From contig CANQCI010000002.1 in assembly GCA_947589675.1 (NCBI GenBank), positions 1 to 62,849 of the forward strand: a stretch of 62,849 bases of DNA, written 5' to 3'. Source of the DNA: an uncultured Bacilli bacterium. Its GTDB lineage: Bacteria > Bacillota_I > Bacilli_A > RF39 > UBA660. Of the stretch, positions 55,596 through 62,849 are shown in pieces. Made by a program: the position numbers and the translations under genes. The notes under the pieces were generated by a model. It did no database searches, was not told where the DNA came from, and saw only the letters and a program-made list of their open reading frames with translations. Numbering within the stretch: position 1 is the first letter of the stretch; the number at the start of each line of letters is the position of its first letter.

Positions 55596-56696
55596 ATGCT
55601 CGAATATATTATTATTGGTTTACTTATTATTGTGATATTATTGCTAGTTATTTTAGTTTTAAGAAAGAATAATAATCAAGATTTAACTGAAAGAATAGGT
55701 CATTTTGAAGCTAATATTAATAAAGAAATTGGGGATTTTAAGTTTAGTTTTGCGAAAAGCCTCTTAACTGATTTTGATAAACTTAGTGAAAGAATTGAAA
55801 GAAAATTAATGAATATTAATGATTTAGTTAATGAAAGATTAGATAAAAACTTTGAAAAAAGTAATCGGACATTTTTAAATGTCTTAGAAAGATTAACAAA
55901 GATTGATGAAGCCCAAAAGAAGATTGATAGTCTTAGTATGGAGATTGTTTCCTTGCAAAGTGTTTTAACTGATAAGAAAACTCGTGGTACTTTTGGCGAA
56001 GTTAATTTAGAATATATTTTGCATAATGCTTTTGGGGGTAATCGCCAAGGGATATATGAAACGCAACATCGCTTTAGTAATGGTTATATTGTAGATTGCT
56101 TACTTTATGCTCCAGCACCCTTAGGGACAATTGCTATTGATTCCAAGTTTCCTTTAGAAAATTACCAACGTATGACTGATAAAAATCGAAGTAAAGAAGA
56201 AAGAAAAGAAGCTGAAAAGTATTTTGTACAAGATGTAAAAAAACATATTAATGATATTAGTGCTAAGTATATAATTCCTGGGGAAACTGGGGATGAAGCT
56301 ATTATGTTTTTACCCGCGGAAGCTATTTTTGCCGAGATAAATGCTTATTATCCTGAGTTACTAAATTATGCTTATAATAAAAAGGTTTGGATTACGGGCC
56401 CTACTACTTTAATTAGTACGTTATCGATTATTAGTATGATTTTAAAAAATATGGAAAGAGATAAGTATGCCAAAGTTATTCATGAGGAATTAGCGAAGCT
56501 CGGTGTTGAATTTAATCGCTATAAAGAAAGATGGGATAAATTATCCCGAAGTGTTAAGACTGTTAATCAAAGTATTGATGATTTACATATAACTACGGAA
56601 AAAATTCAAAAACGGTTTGCGGCGATTAATAGTGCTGATGTCGGAATATTAGAAAATAAAGATAATTATGAATTAGAAAGGATTAGTGATAATTAA
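55596..56696 (+). CDS. rmuC: DNA recombination protein RmuC
   Basis: N-terminal TM helix, coiled-coil, then TRGTFGEVNLEYIL...VDCLLYAP...IAIDSKFPLENY...MFLPAEAIF, the RmuC nuclease-like core. Confidence 0.88.
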   Translation: MLEYIIIGLLIIVILLLVILVLRKNNNQDLTERIGHFEANINKEIGDFKFSFAKSLLTDFDKLSERIERKLMNINDLVNERLDKNFEKSNRTFLNVLERLTKIDEAQKKIDSLSMEIVSLQSVLTDKKTRGTFGEVNLEYILHNAFGGNRQGIYETQHRFSNGYIVDCLLYAPAPLGTIAIDSKFPLENYQRMTDKNRSKEERKEAEKYFVQDVKKHINDISAKYIIPGETGDEAIMFLPAEAIFAEINAYYPELLNYAYNKKVWITGPTTLISTLSIISMILKNMERDKYAKVIHEELAKLGVEFNRYKERWDKLSRSVKTVNQSIDDLHITTEKIQKRFAAINSADVGILENKDNYELERISDN

Positions 56697-57211
56697 TGAC
56701 AGAAAGTTTAGTTAAGGGATTTGTGGATATCTTTTCGTTTTTAGGAACAACCTTGCTTGGTAGAAATTTAACCATCTTTTTTGTTTCCATGTGTCCTATT
56801 TTAGAATTAAGGGGAGGGATGATTGCCGCTTGCCTACTTCATTTAAAACCATTTACTAGTTTATTAATTTGTATTTTAGGTAATATTATTCCTATTCCTT
56901 TTATTATTTATTTTATTACGCCGGTCTTTAATTGGTTTAAGAAGAAAAAGTTTTTGAAAAAGTTTGCTGATTGGTGTGAGAAACATGCTCATAAAAGTAA
57001 AGGAAAGATTGATGCTTTAAAATACTATGGTTTATTTTTGTTTGTGGCTATTCCTTTGCCCACAACTGGAGCTTGGACAGGTTCACTGATTGCCGCATTA
57101 CTCGGGTTAGATAAGAAAAAATCCATTATTGCGGCAATTTTAGGAGTTATTGTGGCAGGCTTAATTATGATGCTCGTTTCTTATGGTATTTTAGGAGGAA
57201 TGTGTGGATGA
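56696..57211 (+). CDS. Small multidrug export-like membrane protein (COG2426 / Sm_multidrug_ex)
   Basis: Four TM helices, PILELRGGMIAA motif, TAATG overlap with rmuC. Confidence 0.7.
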   Translation: MTESLVKGFVDIFSFLGTTLLGRNLTIFFVSMCPILELRGGMIAACLLHLKPFTSLLICILGNIIPIPFIIYFITPVFNWFKKKKFLKKFADWCEKHAHKSKGKIDALKYYGLFLFVAIPLPTTGAWTGSLIAALLGLDKKKSIIAAILGVIVAGLIMMLVSYGILGGMCG

Positions 57212-57837
57212 AAGTTTATTTAATAAGTAATAATTTAGTCTTAGAAAATATTATTTATAAAACAGATGAATCCTTAGAACAAAAACGAATTAATCGTCCT
57301 CTTTCCATACCGGGGGAAAATTTAGCTTTAAAAGTGAGTAAAGCAATCAAAGTCGGAGCAATTTTTTCCTCAGATTATGCCTCAGCCTTAGGTACAGCTA
57401 AGTATCTATCGATGGCAAATGACTTACCAATTTATATCGACTCTAATTTGCGAGATTCCAAGATTGGGGTTTTAGAAAAAAATAATATTAAGATGTTAAG
57501 ATATATGCAAGAAAGAGATTTTAATTTTCGCTATCCTGAGGGGGAGTCCTTAAATGAAACAAAGCTTCGGATGGTACGAAAAATTAATGATATAATTAAA
57601 AATTATCCAGTTGATTTAGCAATCATTACGCATAAAAGAGCTATTTTAAGTTATTTACTTGATTATACTGAACAAGGATTTAATTTAGATGACCGGTTAA
57701 TTTTATCTTATAATGATACCGTTGTTATGGATGATTGTGATAAAGATATGGATATTATTGAACTAACTTATGATGATGGTAAAATTATCGGAATTAATAC
57801 ATTAGATTGGGAGGCTTTAAATGAAAGTACCAGTTAA
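57208..57837 (+). CDS. Histidine-phosphatase-superfamily-like protein, apparently lacking the N-terminal RHG catalytic motif
   Basis: MKVYLISNNL stands where (V/I)RHGE is expected. The later ...LAIITHKRAILSYLL resembles the C-terminal His motif. Assignment is weak. Confidence 0.4.
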   Translation: MKVYLISNNLVLENIIYKTDESLEQKRINRPLSIPGENLALKVSKAIKVGAIFSSDYASALGTAKYLSMANDLPIYIDSNLRDSKIGVLEKNNIKMLRYMQERDFNFRYPEGESLNETKLRMVRKINDIIKNYPVDLAIITHKRAILSYLLDYTEQGFNLDDRLILSYNDTVVMDDCDKDMDIIELTYDDGKIIGINTLDWEALNESTS

Positions 57838-58381
57838 AATTGGCATTAGTGCCAGACATGTGCATTTAACTAAAGAAACATATGATTTGTTATTTGATAA
57901 AGAATTGACGGTAAAAAATCCCTTAAATCAAGTGGGGCAGTTTGCGGCAAATGAAACCGTAACTTTAAAAAATGAATTTTATGAAATTAAAAATGTGCGG
58001 ATTATTGGTCCTTTGCGTTCTTATGACCAAGTAGAAATTTCGGCTAGTGATGCTCGCTTATTTAAGTTAAATCCCCCAGTTCGGACCAGCGGGGATTTAG
58101 TTGGAGCGGAGAAAATTACAATTGAAACACCAAAAGGACAAGTTCAAGTAGCCGGAGTTATTATTGCTAATCGGCATGTTCATTTTTCACCCCAAGATGC
58201 CAAAAAATTTGGCGTTGTTGATAAAGAGCCTTTGAAGCTTGCCATAAATGGCGAAAAAAGTGGGGAAATTGATGTTGTGGCAAAGGTTAGTAGTGATGGG
58301 TATTTTGAAGTCCATTTAGATACTGATGATGCTAATGCTTTTTTACTAAAAAGTGGCGAAGAAGAAACTTTAATCATTTAG
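57821..58381 (+). CDS. pduL: Phosphate propanoyl/acetyl-transferase PduL
   Basis: IGISARHVHLTKE, GQFAANETVTL, NVRIIGPLRSYDQVEISASDAR, IIANRHVHFSPQDA and EVHLDTDDANA align by eye with Salmonella PduL. Confidence 0.9.
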   Translation: MKVPVKIGISARHVHLTKETYDLLFDKELTVKNPLNQVGQFAANETVTLKNEFYEIKNVRIIGPLRSYDQVEISASDARLFKLNPPVRTSGDLVGAEKITIETPKGQVQVAGVIIANRHVHFSPQDAKKFGVVDKEPLKLAINGEKSGEIDVVAKVSSDGYFEVHLDTDDANAFLLKSGEEETLII

Positions 58382-58415
58382 CCTTTTTTGTTATATAATA
58401 GGGATTGGTGATTTT

Positions 58416-59390
58416 ATGGCTTGGTATATTGGAAACGTCAAAATTGCAAACCAAATTGTGGTGGCTCCAATGGCTGGTATTAGTAATACGACATTTAGAC
58501 GGATTTGTAAATCTTTTGGAGCTGGTTTAGTCGTTGCGGAAATGGTAAGTGATAAAGCGATTGTTTTTGGTAATGTTAAAACTTATGAATTATTAAAAAT
58601 GACCGAACAAGAACGACCTATTTCCCAACAAATATTTGGTAGTGATGTGGCATCATTTGTCAAAGCCGCAAAAATTATTGAAGAAAAAATGCACCCCGAT
58701 ATTATTGATATTAATATGGGTTGCCCAGTTCCTAAGGTGGCTATTAAAAATCAGGCGGGAAGTGCTCTTTTAAAAAATCCTGAAAAGATTCGGGAAATTG
58801 TTTCGGCAGTTGTTCAGGCAGTGCATGTTCCGGTTACAGTAAAAATTCGCAGTGGTTGGGATAGTAATAGCATTAATGCCCCTGAGGTTGCTAAAATTTG
58901 TGAGGAAGCCGGAGCTAAAGCCATAACTATTCATGCTCGTACAAGAATGCAAGGCTACAGTGGTAAAGCTGACTGGCAAATCATTAAAAAAGTCGTTGAA
59001 GCGGTTTCAATTCCTGTGATTGGTAATGGTGATGTTTTATCATGTTATGATGCTAAAAGAATGCTTGATGAAACTGGTTGTGCCGCGGTGATGATTGGTC
59101 GGGGATTACTCGGTAATCCTTGGTTAGTAAAAGATTGTGTTCTTTATTTAGAAAAAGGCATACTACCTGAGGAAGTAACTGTAAAAATGCGGATAGATAT
59201 GATGAAATATCATTTAAATGAACTAGTAAAAGCCAAGACGGAAAAAGTAGCAGTTTTAGAAATGCGAACCCATTTTCTTCATTATTTAAAAGGTATGCCT
59301 CATAATAAAGAAATAAAAAATAAATTATGTTTAGCTAAAAGTCAAAAAGAAATTATCGATATTCTTGATGAGTATCAAAAAAATATATAA
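58416..59390 (+). CDS. dusB: tRNA-dihydrouridine synthase
   Basis: VVAPMAGISNTTFR, DINMGCPVPKV and HARTRMQGYSGKADW motifs. Confidence 0.93.
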   Translation: MAWYIGNVKIANQIVVAPMAGISNTTFRRICKSFGAGLVVAEMVSDKAIVFGNVKTYELLKMTEQERPISQQIFGSDVASFVKAAKIIEEKMHPDIIDINMGCPVPKVAIKNQAGSALLKNPEKIREIVSAVVQAVHVPVTVKIRSGWDSNSINAPEVAKICEEAGAKAITIHARTRMQGYSGKADWQIIKKVVEAVSIPVIGNGDVLSCYDAKRMLDETGCAAVMIGRGLLGNPWLVKDCVLYLEKGILPEEVTVKMRIDMMKYHLNELVKAKTEKVAVLEMRTHFLHYLKGMPHNKEIKNKLCLAKSQKEIIDILDEYQKNI

Positions 59391-59868
59391 AATTACCCTG
59401 ATTGGAAATTGGTTGGTTAGGAAAGTTAGCGTGATTGCTAGCTTTTTTTCATATATTCGACAAATTTGGCTAAAATACGCCAAAAATCGACAATTGTTTT
59501 GCTTGCCTTTTTTAATAAAATGGGTTTATGATAGAAACATTCCCTTAAAAAAGGGAAACGAAAGAGGTGAATATACATATGGCGAAAAAAATGCCCAACT
59601 TAATGACCGACACAGCCTTTAAAAAAATTTTTAATAATCCCGACATGATGGATTATATTGGGGCTATTATGGAAACCATTATCCATGAGAAAGTAAATCT
59701 TCAAGATATTTGTATCAAAAATACGGATATCTTAACCAAGTCATTTACTCCCGAAAGAGGTAAAATCACAGATGCTTACTTTACTTATAATAACTATCAT
59801 ATATTATTAGAAGCTAATAATTCCTATTATAAAGAATTATATAATTTAAAAATAAGATATGAATTTGC
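59389..59868 (+). repeat. Direct repeat copy 1 (vestigial gene 3' end, intergenic region, 5' part of an Rpn/PDDEXK_2 gene)
   Basis: Nearly identical to 62384-62849, apart from 11-nt, 2-nt and 1-nt indels and a few substitutions. The true extent is unknown because copy 2 runs off the window. Confidence 0.9.
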
Positions 59869-60436
59869 TTTATTTAATAATAGTTATAAATCAGGGGAAG
59901 ATAATAATAATGATAATATCTTTATTCTAGTAAATATCAATAATTTTAAAATTGGTAATAAAGGAAGAAGAGAATATTATTATCGAGATGAACAAGAAAT
60001 AATATTAACAGATAAGTTAAAAGTAATTAACATAGGACTTGATGATATCAAAGAAAAATGGGATAATGGAGGTACATTAAGTAGACAAGAACAACTATTT
60101 TTGTTCTTGAAAATAAATCACGAAGATGAAGAATATGTTCAAAAATTAATTGAAGGAGATGAAATATTAATGACGCTATACGAACAAATAAAAAATTTAA
60201 GTGATGATGATGTTTTGGAAGCTTTATTTGATAAAGAGGAAGAAGATGCTTTAGAATTAAAGTATATAAAAAAACATGAACGAGAAGAAGGTATTAGTGA
60301 GGGTAAAAAAGAAAATAAAATTGAAATGATAAAAAATATGCTAAAAGAACATGCTTCTTTAGAATTTATAACTAAAGTATCTAATACTCCAATTGAAGAA
60401 ATAAAAGAAATAGAACGAGGATTAGCTGTGCAATAA
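59579..60436 (+). CDS. PD-(D/E)XK nuclease family transposase-like / Rpn-family recombination-promoting nuclease
   Basis: MAKKMPNLMTDTAFKKIFNNPD...KITDAYFTYNNYHILLEAN is the PDDEXK_2 N-terminal pattern. ATG at 59579 has aaagaggtga upstream. The GTG at 59567 in the ORF track lies inside the SD. Confidence 0.75.
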   Translation: MAKKMPNLMTDTAFKKIFNNPDMMDYIGAIMETIIHEKVNLQDICIKNTDILTKSFTPERGKITDAYFTYNNYHILLEANNSYYKELYNLKIRYEFALFNNSYKSGEDNNNDNIFILVNINNFKIGNKGRREYYYRDEQEIILTDKLKVINIGLDDIKEKWDNGGTLSRQEQLFLFLKINHEDEEYVQKLIEGDEILMTLYEQIKNLSDDDVLEALFDKEEEDALELKYIKKHEREEGISEGKKENKIEMIKNMLKEHASLEFITKVSNTPIEEIKEIERGLAVQ

Positions 60437-60451
60437 AAAGAAAAAAATTAA

Positions 60452-60479
60452 ACTGTCAAGTATGTCAACTAACTGTCAA
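60452..60479 (+). promoter_or_regulatory. Three direct TGTCAA(C/G) repeats at about 10-bp spacing, upstream of the poly-T tract
   Basis: TGTCAA at 60454, 60463 and 60474. ACTGTCAA at 60452 and 60472 are exactly 20 bp apart. Confidence 0.35.
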
Positions 60480-60484
60480 CTTGA

Positions 60485-60502
60485 TTTTTTTTTTTTTTTT
60501 TT
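60485..60502 (+). repeat. Homopolymeric T18 tract inside the putative promoter spacer of the type D gene
   Basis: TTGATT (60481-60486), T-run to 60502, GA, then TAGTAT (60505-60510). About 25 nt upstream of the SD gagggg and the ATG at 60536. Confidence 0.9.
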
Positions 60503-60535
60503 GATAGTATGCCTTAGAATGAGGGGATGTATTTT

Positions 60536-62404
60536 ATGAAAAAATCTAGAAAAGAAAAAGGTTTAATTATGTTTACATTGTTTACACTTTCACTTGTCAT
60601 AATTGGAGCAACCTATGCTTATTTTACCGCTCAAAAAGGAACGGGTGGCAGTGCTAATTTAACGGTGCAAGCTGATACTACTGATAATTTATCTTTTAGT
60701 GCGGAGGATGGCATTACCATAAATGCAACAAGTGATAACTTTAAATCGGGCGGTTCTAATTTAGATGGAGAAACTACGGCAACAGCAACCTTGATAGCTA
60801 ATAATACGACTCATTTAGCCACCGAACATTACAATGTTTATCTAGTAATTGATACAAATGATTTGACTTATACAGAAGAAGAAAATCCTGAGTTATTATT
60901 AACGGTTTATGATGAAAATGATGAAGAAATAAAAACGGGAATAGATGGACTTGAATATAAGGAAAATATTCAAGGAGTAAGTGGTTTTGATATCACTGAT
61001 AAAGAAAATAGTTTTACTTTATCAGATAATAATGAGATTAAAGTGGAAGAAAAAGATGCTGGTCAAAAAGAGGAAACTTGGAAAATAAAAGTAACCTTAA
61101 TAAATTATGAATATGACCAACAAGTAAATACAGGAAAAACATTTCATGCTGGATTAGTAATAACCAAAGATAATTTAGAGTCTTATAAAATAACCAAAGT
61201 AACTGGTGCCACAGTTAAAAGATTATCCAATAGTTTAACCGCAACATTAGAGGTAGAAGAAGGAAATCAACAAGTTGAGGGATATTATTTTGCTAAAGAA
61301 GAAATAGGAGCTGTTACAACTGTTGCCAATGTAGATGAATATACCAGTCATGAATACATAAAAAGTGAAACCAATACTTATACATTTAATGATTTAAAAG
61401 AAAATACCAATTATAAAATATATAGTTATGCCCAAGATATCAATGGTTTTAAAAGTCCAGTTTATGTAACAGATTTAATAGCAACAGAGAAGATCTATAC
61501 TTTTACTTATACCGGAAATGAACAAGAATTTGTGCCTCCTCAAGATGGAATATATAAAATTGAATTATGGGGTGCAAGTGGAGGTGAAAATGCTAATATT
61601 CGTCCTGATAGCGTAGGTAGAGGTGCTTATACTGTAGGTAATATAGAACTTAGTAAAGATGATTCATTATTTGTTTATGTTGGCCAAAGTGATGGAAATA
61701 ATACGGCAAATATTAGTTTTAATGGCGGAGGTAGTGGTGAAACTTCCGGAGGTGGAGCCACAGATGTACGATTAGTAAATGGAAATTGGGATTTATTTGA
61801 TTCCTTAAAGTCAAGAATAATGGTAGCCGCTGGTGGAGGCGGCGGTGCCTATAAAGATGGTATTGGCACAAATGATAATAATCAACGTGGAGATGGCGGT
61901 GGATTGTACGGCTTTGATGCTAAGTGGGAATGTAACTTACTAAATTGTGCTAATAATCCCTTTGATTATAGTGGTTATGGTGCAACACAAATCAAAGGTG
62001 GTAATCCTGGAAATGCCCATAATGATAATGAAACCCCATGCGATGAAAATTATGGTAAATTTGGAATTGGGGGAATGAGTATGGAATATTCCGGTCGCCA
62101 TATATCGTCCGGCGGAGGAGGTGGCTATTATGGCGGTGGTTATGGCTTTCATCCTGGTGGTACGTGGACTGGTGGAGGTGGCGGTTCATCTTTTATCTCA
62201 GGATATGAGGGATGTGATGCTATAACGTCAACATCGACTGAAAATGCTATTGAACATACTCATCAGTCGGTTCATTATAGTGGCAAAAAATTTACTGATG
62301 CCAACATGATTGCTGGCAATTCCCTCATGCCAACCCATGATGGTAAAAATACTATGACAGGAAATTCTGGTGATGGTTATGCCAAAATTACCTTAGTTGG
62401 TTAG
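60536..62404 (+). CDS. Family member type D: SipW-type signal and N-module, FN3-like module, ALK/LTK-like glycine-rich domain
   Basis: MKKSRKEKGLIMFTLFTLSLVIIGATYAYFTAQKGTGGSANLTVQADTTDNLSF. From about 61495, YTFTYTGNEQEFVPPQDGIYKIELWGASGG...GGGATDVRL...VAAGGGGGAY...GGGGGYYGGGYG is the bacterial glycine-rich-domain pattern. ATG at 60536 lies 9 nt after gagggg. Confidence 0.88.
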   Translation: MKKSRKEKGLIMFTLFTLSLVIIGATYAYFTAQKGTGGSANLTVQADTTDNLSFSAEDGITINATSDNFKSGGSNLDGETTATATLIANNTTHLATEHYNVYLVIDTNDLTYTEEENPELLLTVYDENDEEIKTGIDGLEYKENIQGVSGFDITDKENSFTLSDNNEIKVEEKDAGQKEETWKIKVTLINYEYDQQVNTGKTFHAGLVITKDNLESYKITKVTGATVKRLSNSLTATLEVEEGNQQVEGYYFAKEEIGAVTTVANVDEYTSHEYIKSETNTYTFNDLKENTNYKIYSYAQDINGFKSPVYVTDLIATEKIYTFTYTGNEQEFVPPQDGIYKIELWGASGGENANIRPDSVGRGAYTVGNIELSKDDSLFVYVGQSDGNNTANISFNGGGSGETSGGGATDVRLVNGNWDLFDSLKSRIMVAAGGGGGAYKDGIGTNDNNQRGDGGGLYGFDAKWECNLLNCANNPFDYSGYGATQIKGGNPGNAHNDNETPCDENYGKFGIGGMSMEYSGRHISSGGGGGYYGGGYGFHPGGTWTGGGGGSSFISGYEGCDAITSTSTENAIEHTHQSVHYSGKKFTDANMIAGNSLMPTHDGKNTMTGNSGDGYAKITLVG

Positions 62405-62849
62405 ATAAGTTAGCGAGTTTGCTAGCTTTTTTCATGTATTCGACAAATTTGGCTAAAATACGCCAAAAATCGACAATTGTTTTTCTTGCCTTTTTTAATA
62501 AAATGGGTTTATGATAGAAACATTCCTTTAAAAAAGGGAAACGAAAGAGGTGAATACATATGGCGAAAAAAATGCCCAACTTAATGAATGATATAGCCTT
62601 TAAAAAAATTTTTAATAATCCCGACATGATGCATTATATTGGAGCTATCATTGAAACCATTATCCATGAGAAAGTAAATCTTCAAGATATTTGTATCAAA
62701 AATACGGATATCTTAACCAAGTCATTTACTCCCGAAAGAGGTAAAATCACAGATGCTTACTTTACTTATAATAACTATCATATATTATTAGAAGCTAATA
62801 ATTCCTATTATAAAGAATTATATAATTTAAAAATAAGATATGAATTTGC
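62384..62849 (+). repeat. Direct repeat copy 2 (starts in the last 21 nt of the type D gene and runs to the window edge)
   Basis: See copy 1. aaaattacc..gttggttag..aagttagcg..gctagctttttt.. and everything downstream match 59389-59868. Confidence 0.9.
62560..62849 (+). CDS. Second PDDEXK_2 / Rpn-family gene, 3'-truncated by the window edge
   Basis: My own translation gives MAKKMPNLMNDIAFKKIFNNPDMMHYIGAIIETIIHEKVNLQDICIKNTDILTKSFTPERGKITDAYFTYNNYHILLEANNSYYKELYNLKIRYEF. It differs from the 59579 copy at only 4 positions. Not in the ORF track because it has no stop. Confidence 0.8.
   Translation, partial: MAKKMPNLMNDIAFKKIFNNPDMMHYIGAIIETIIHEKVNLQDICIKNTDILTKSFTPERGKITDAYFTYNNYHILLEANNSYYKELYNLKIRYEF

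Noticed and set aside
59365-59622. ORF 59365-59622 (+) and ORF 62388-62627 (-) in the repeated intergenic sequence
   Set aside because: Both overlap the non-coding part of the direct repeats and the 5' end of the PDDEXK_2 genes. The two copies do not preserve the same frame, because the indels of 11, 1 and 2 nt break it. They have no SD.
60536-60640. Type IV prepilin leader, suggested by KGLIMFTLFTL in type D and MFTLFTL in type C
   Set aside because: There is no G/FTL(I/L)E processing site, because Glu5 is absent. Most paralogs have no Gly before the helix. The invariant GATYAYF..AQ motif sits at the C-terminal end of the helix, as in SipW-class signals. No pilin assembly genes are present.
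1-62849. Mycoplasma/Mollicutes genetic code 4, given the very low GC
   Set aside because: TGA terminates well-defined genes (for example 3294-3296). Conserved genes contain no in-frame TGA. The presence of spoIIP points to a sporulating Firmicute using code 11.

Overview
Low-GC Firmicute chromosome, probably a spore-forming Erysipelotrichia/Clostridia-like lineage. spoIIP is present, and TGA is used as a stop codon (for example at 3294-3296), so this is the standard code, not Mycoplasma code 4. The backbone is ordinary housekeeping: rpsB-tsf-(2 ORFs)-frr, tmcAL, miaA, pyk, rpsT, spoIIP, lepA, hemW, rmuC, pduL, dusB, two RelB/DinJ loci and a GntR-controlled ABC operon. The dominant feature is a 15-member paralogous family of large secreted or surface proteins, all on the + strand, summing to about 35 kb of 62.8 kb. 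Every member starts with the same module: a Lys-rich n-region, a hydrophobic helix and an invariant GATYA(Y/F)F-AQ(K/R)G-GG motif (SipW-cognate/TasA-camelysin-type signal peptide class), then a conserved N-domain of about 200 aa. That module is fused to at least four different C-terminal architectures. Type A (10 genes) has a Cys-rich linker and a DUF6273-like domain. Type B (3 genes, one frameshifted) has a GLUG-like beta-helix, one copy with an added LamG domain. Type C (1 gene) has InlB-B-like tandem repeats and the DUF6273-like domain. Type D (1 gene) has an ALK/LTK-like glycine-rich domain. Thirteen of the genes (15.8-46.3 kb) sit between spoIIP/yqxA-like and lepA, which are neighbours in the Bacillus gene order. 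Nine type-A genes form one head-to-tail block with 16-22 bp spacers and no internal terminators. The paralogs are mosaics, with 159-237 nt tracts that are nearly identical between non-adjacent copies. A divergent RHH regulator gene and tandem TTGGCATA repeats precede the block. The type D gene has an 18-T homopolymer in its putative promoter spacer, a candidate for slipped-strand phase variation. It is also bracketed by direct repeats of at least 466 bp carrying Rpn/PDDEXK_2 nuclease genes. No sipW, tapA-like, sortase or recombinase gene is visible in the window. All homology statements come from motif recognition by eye, not from database searches.
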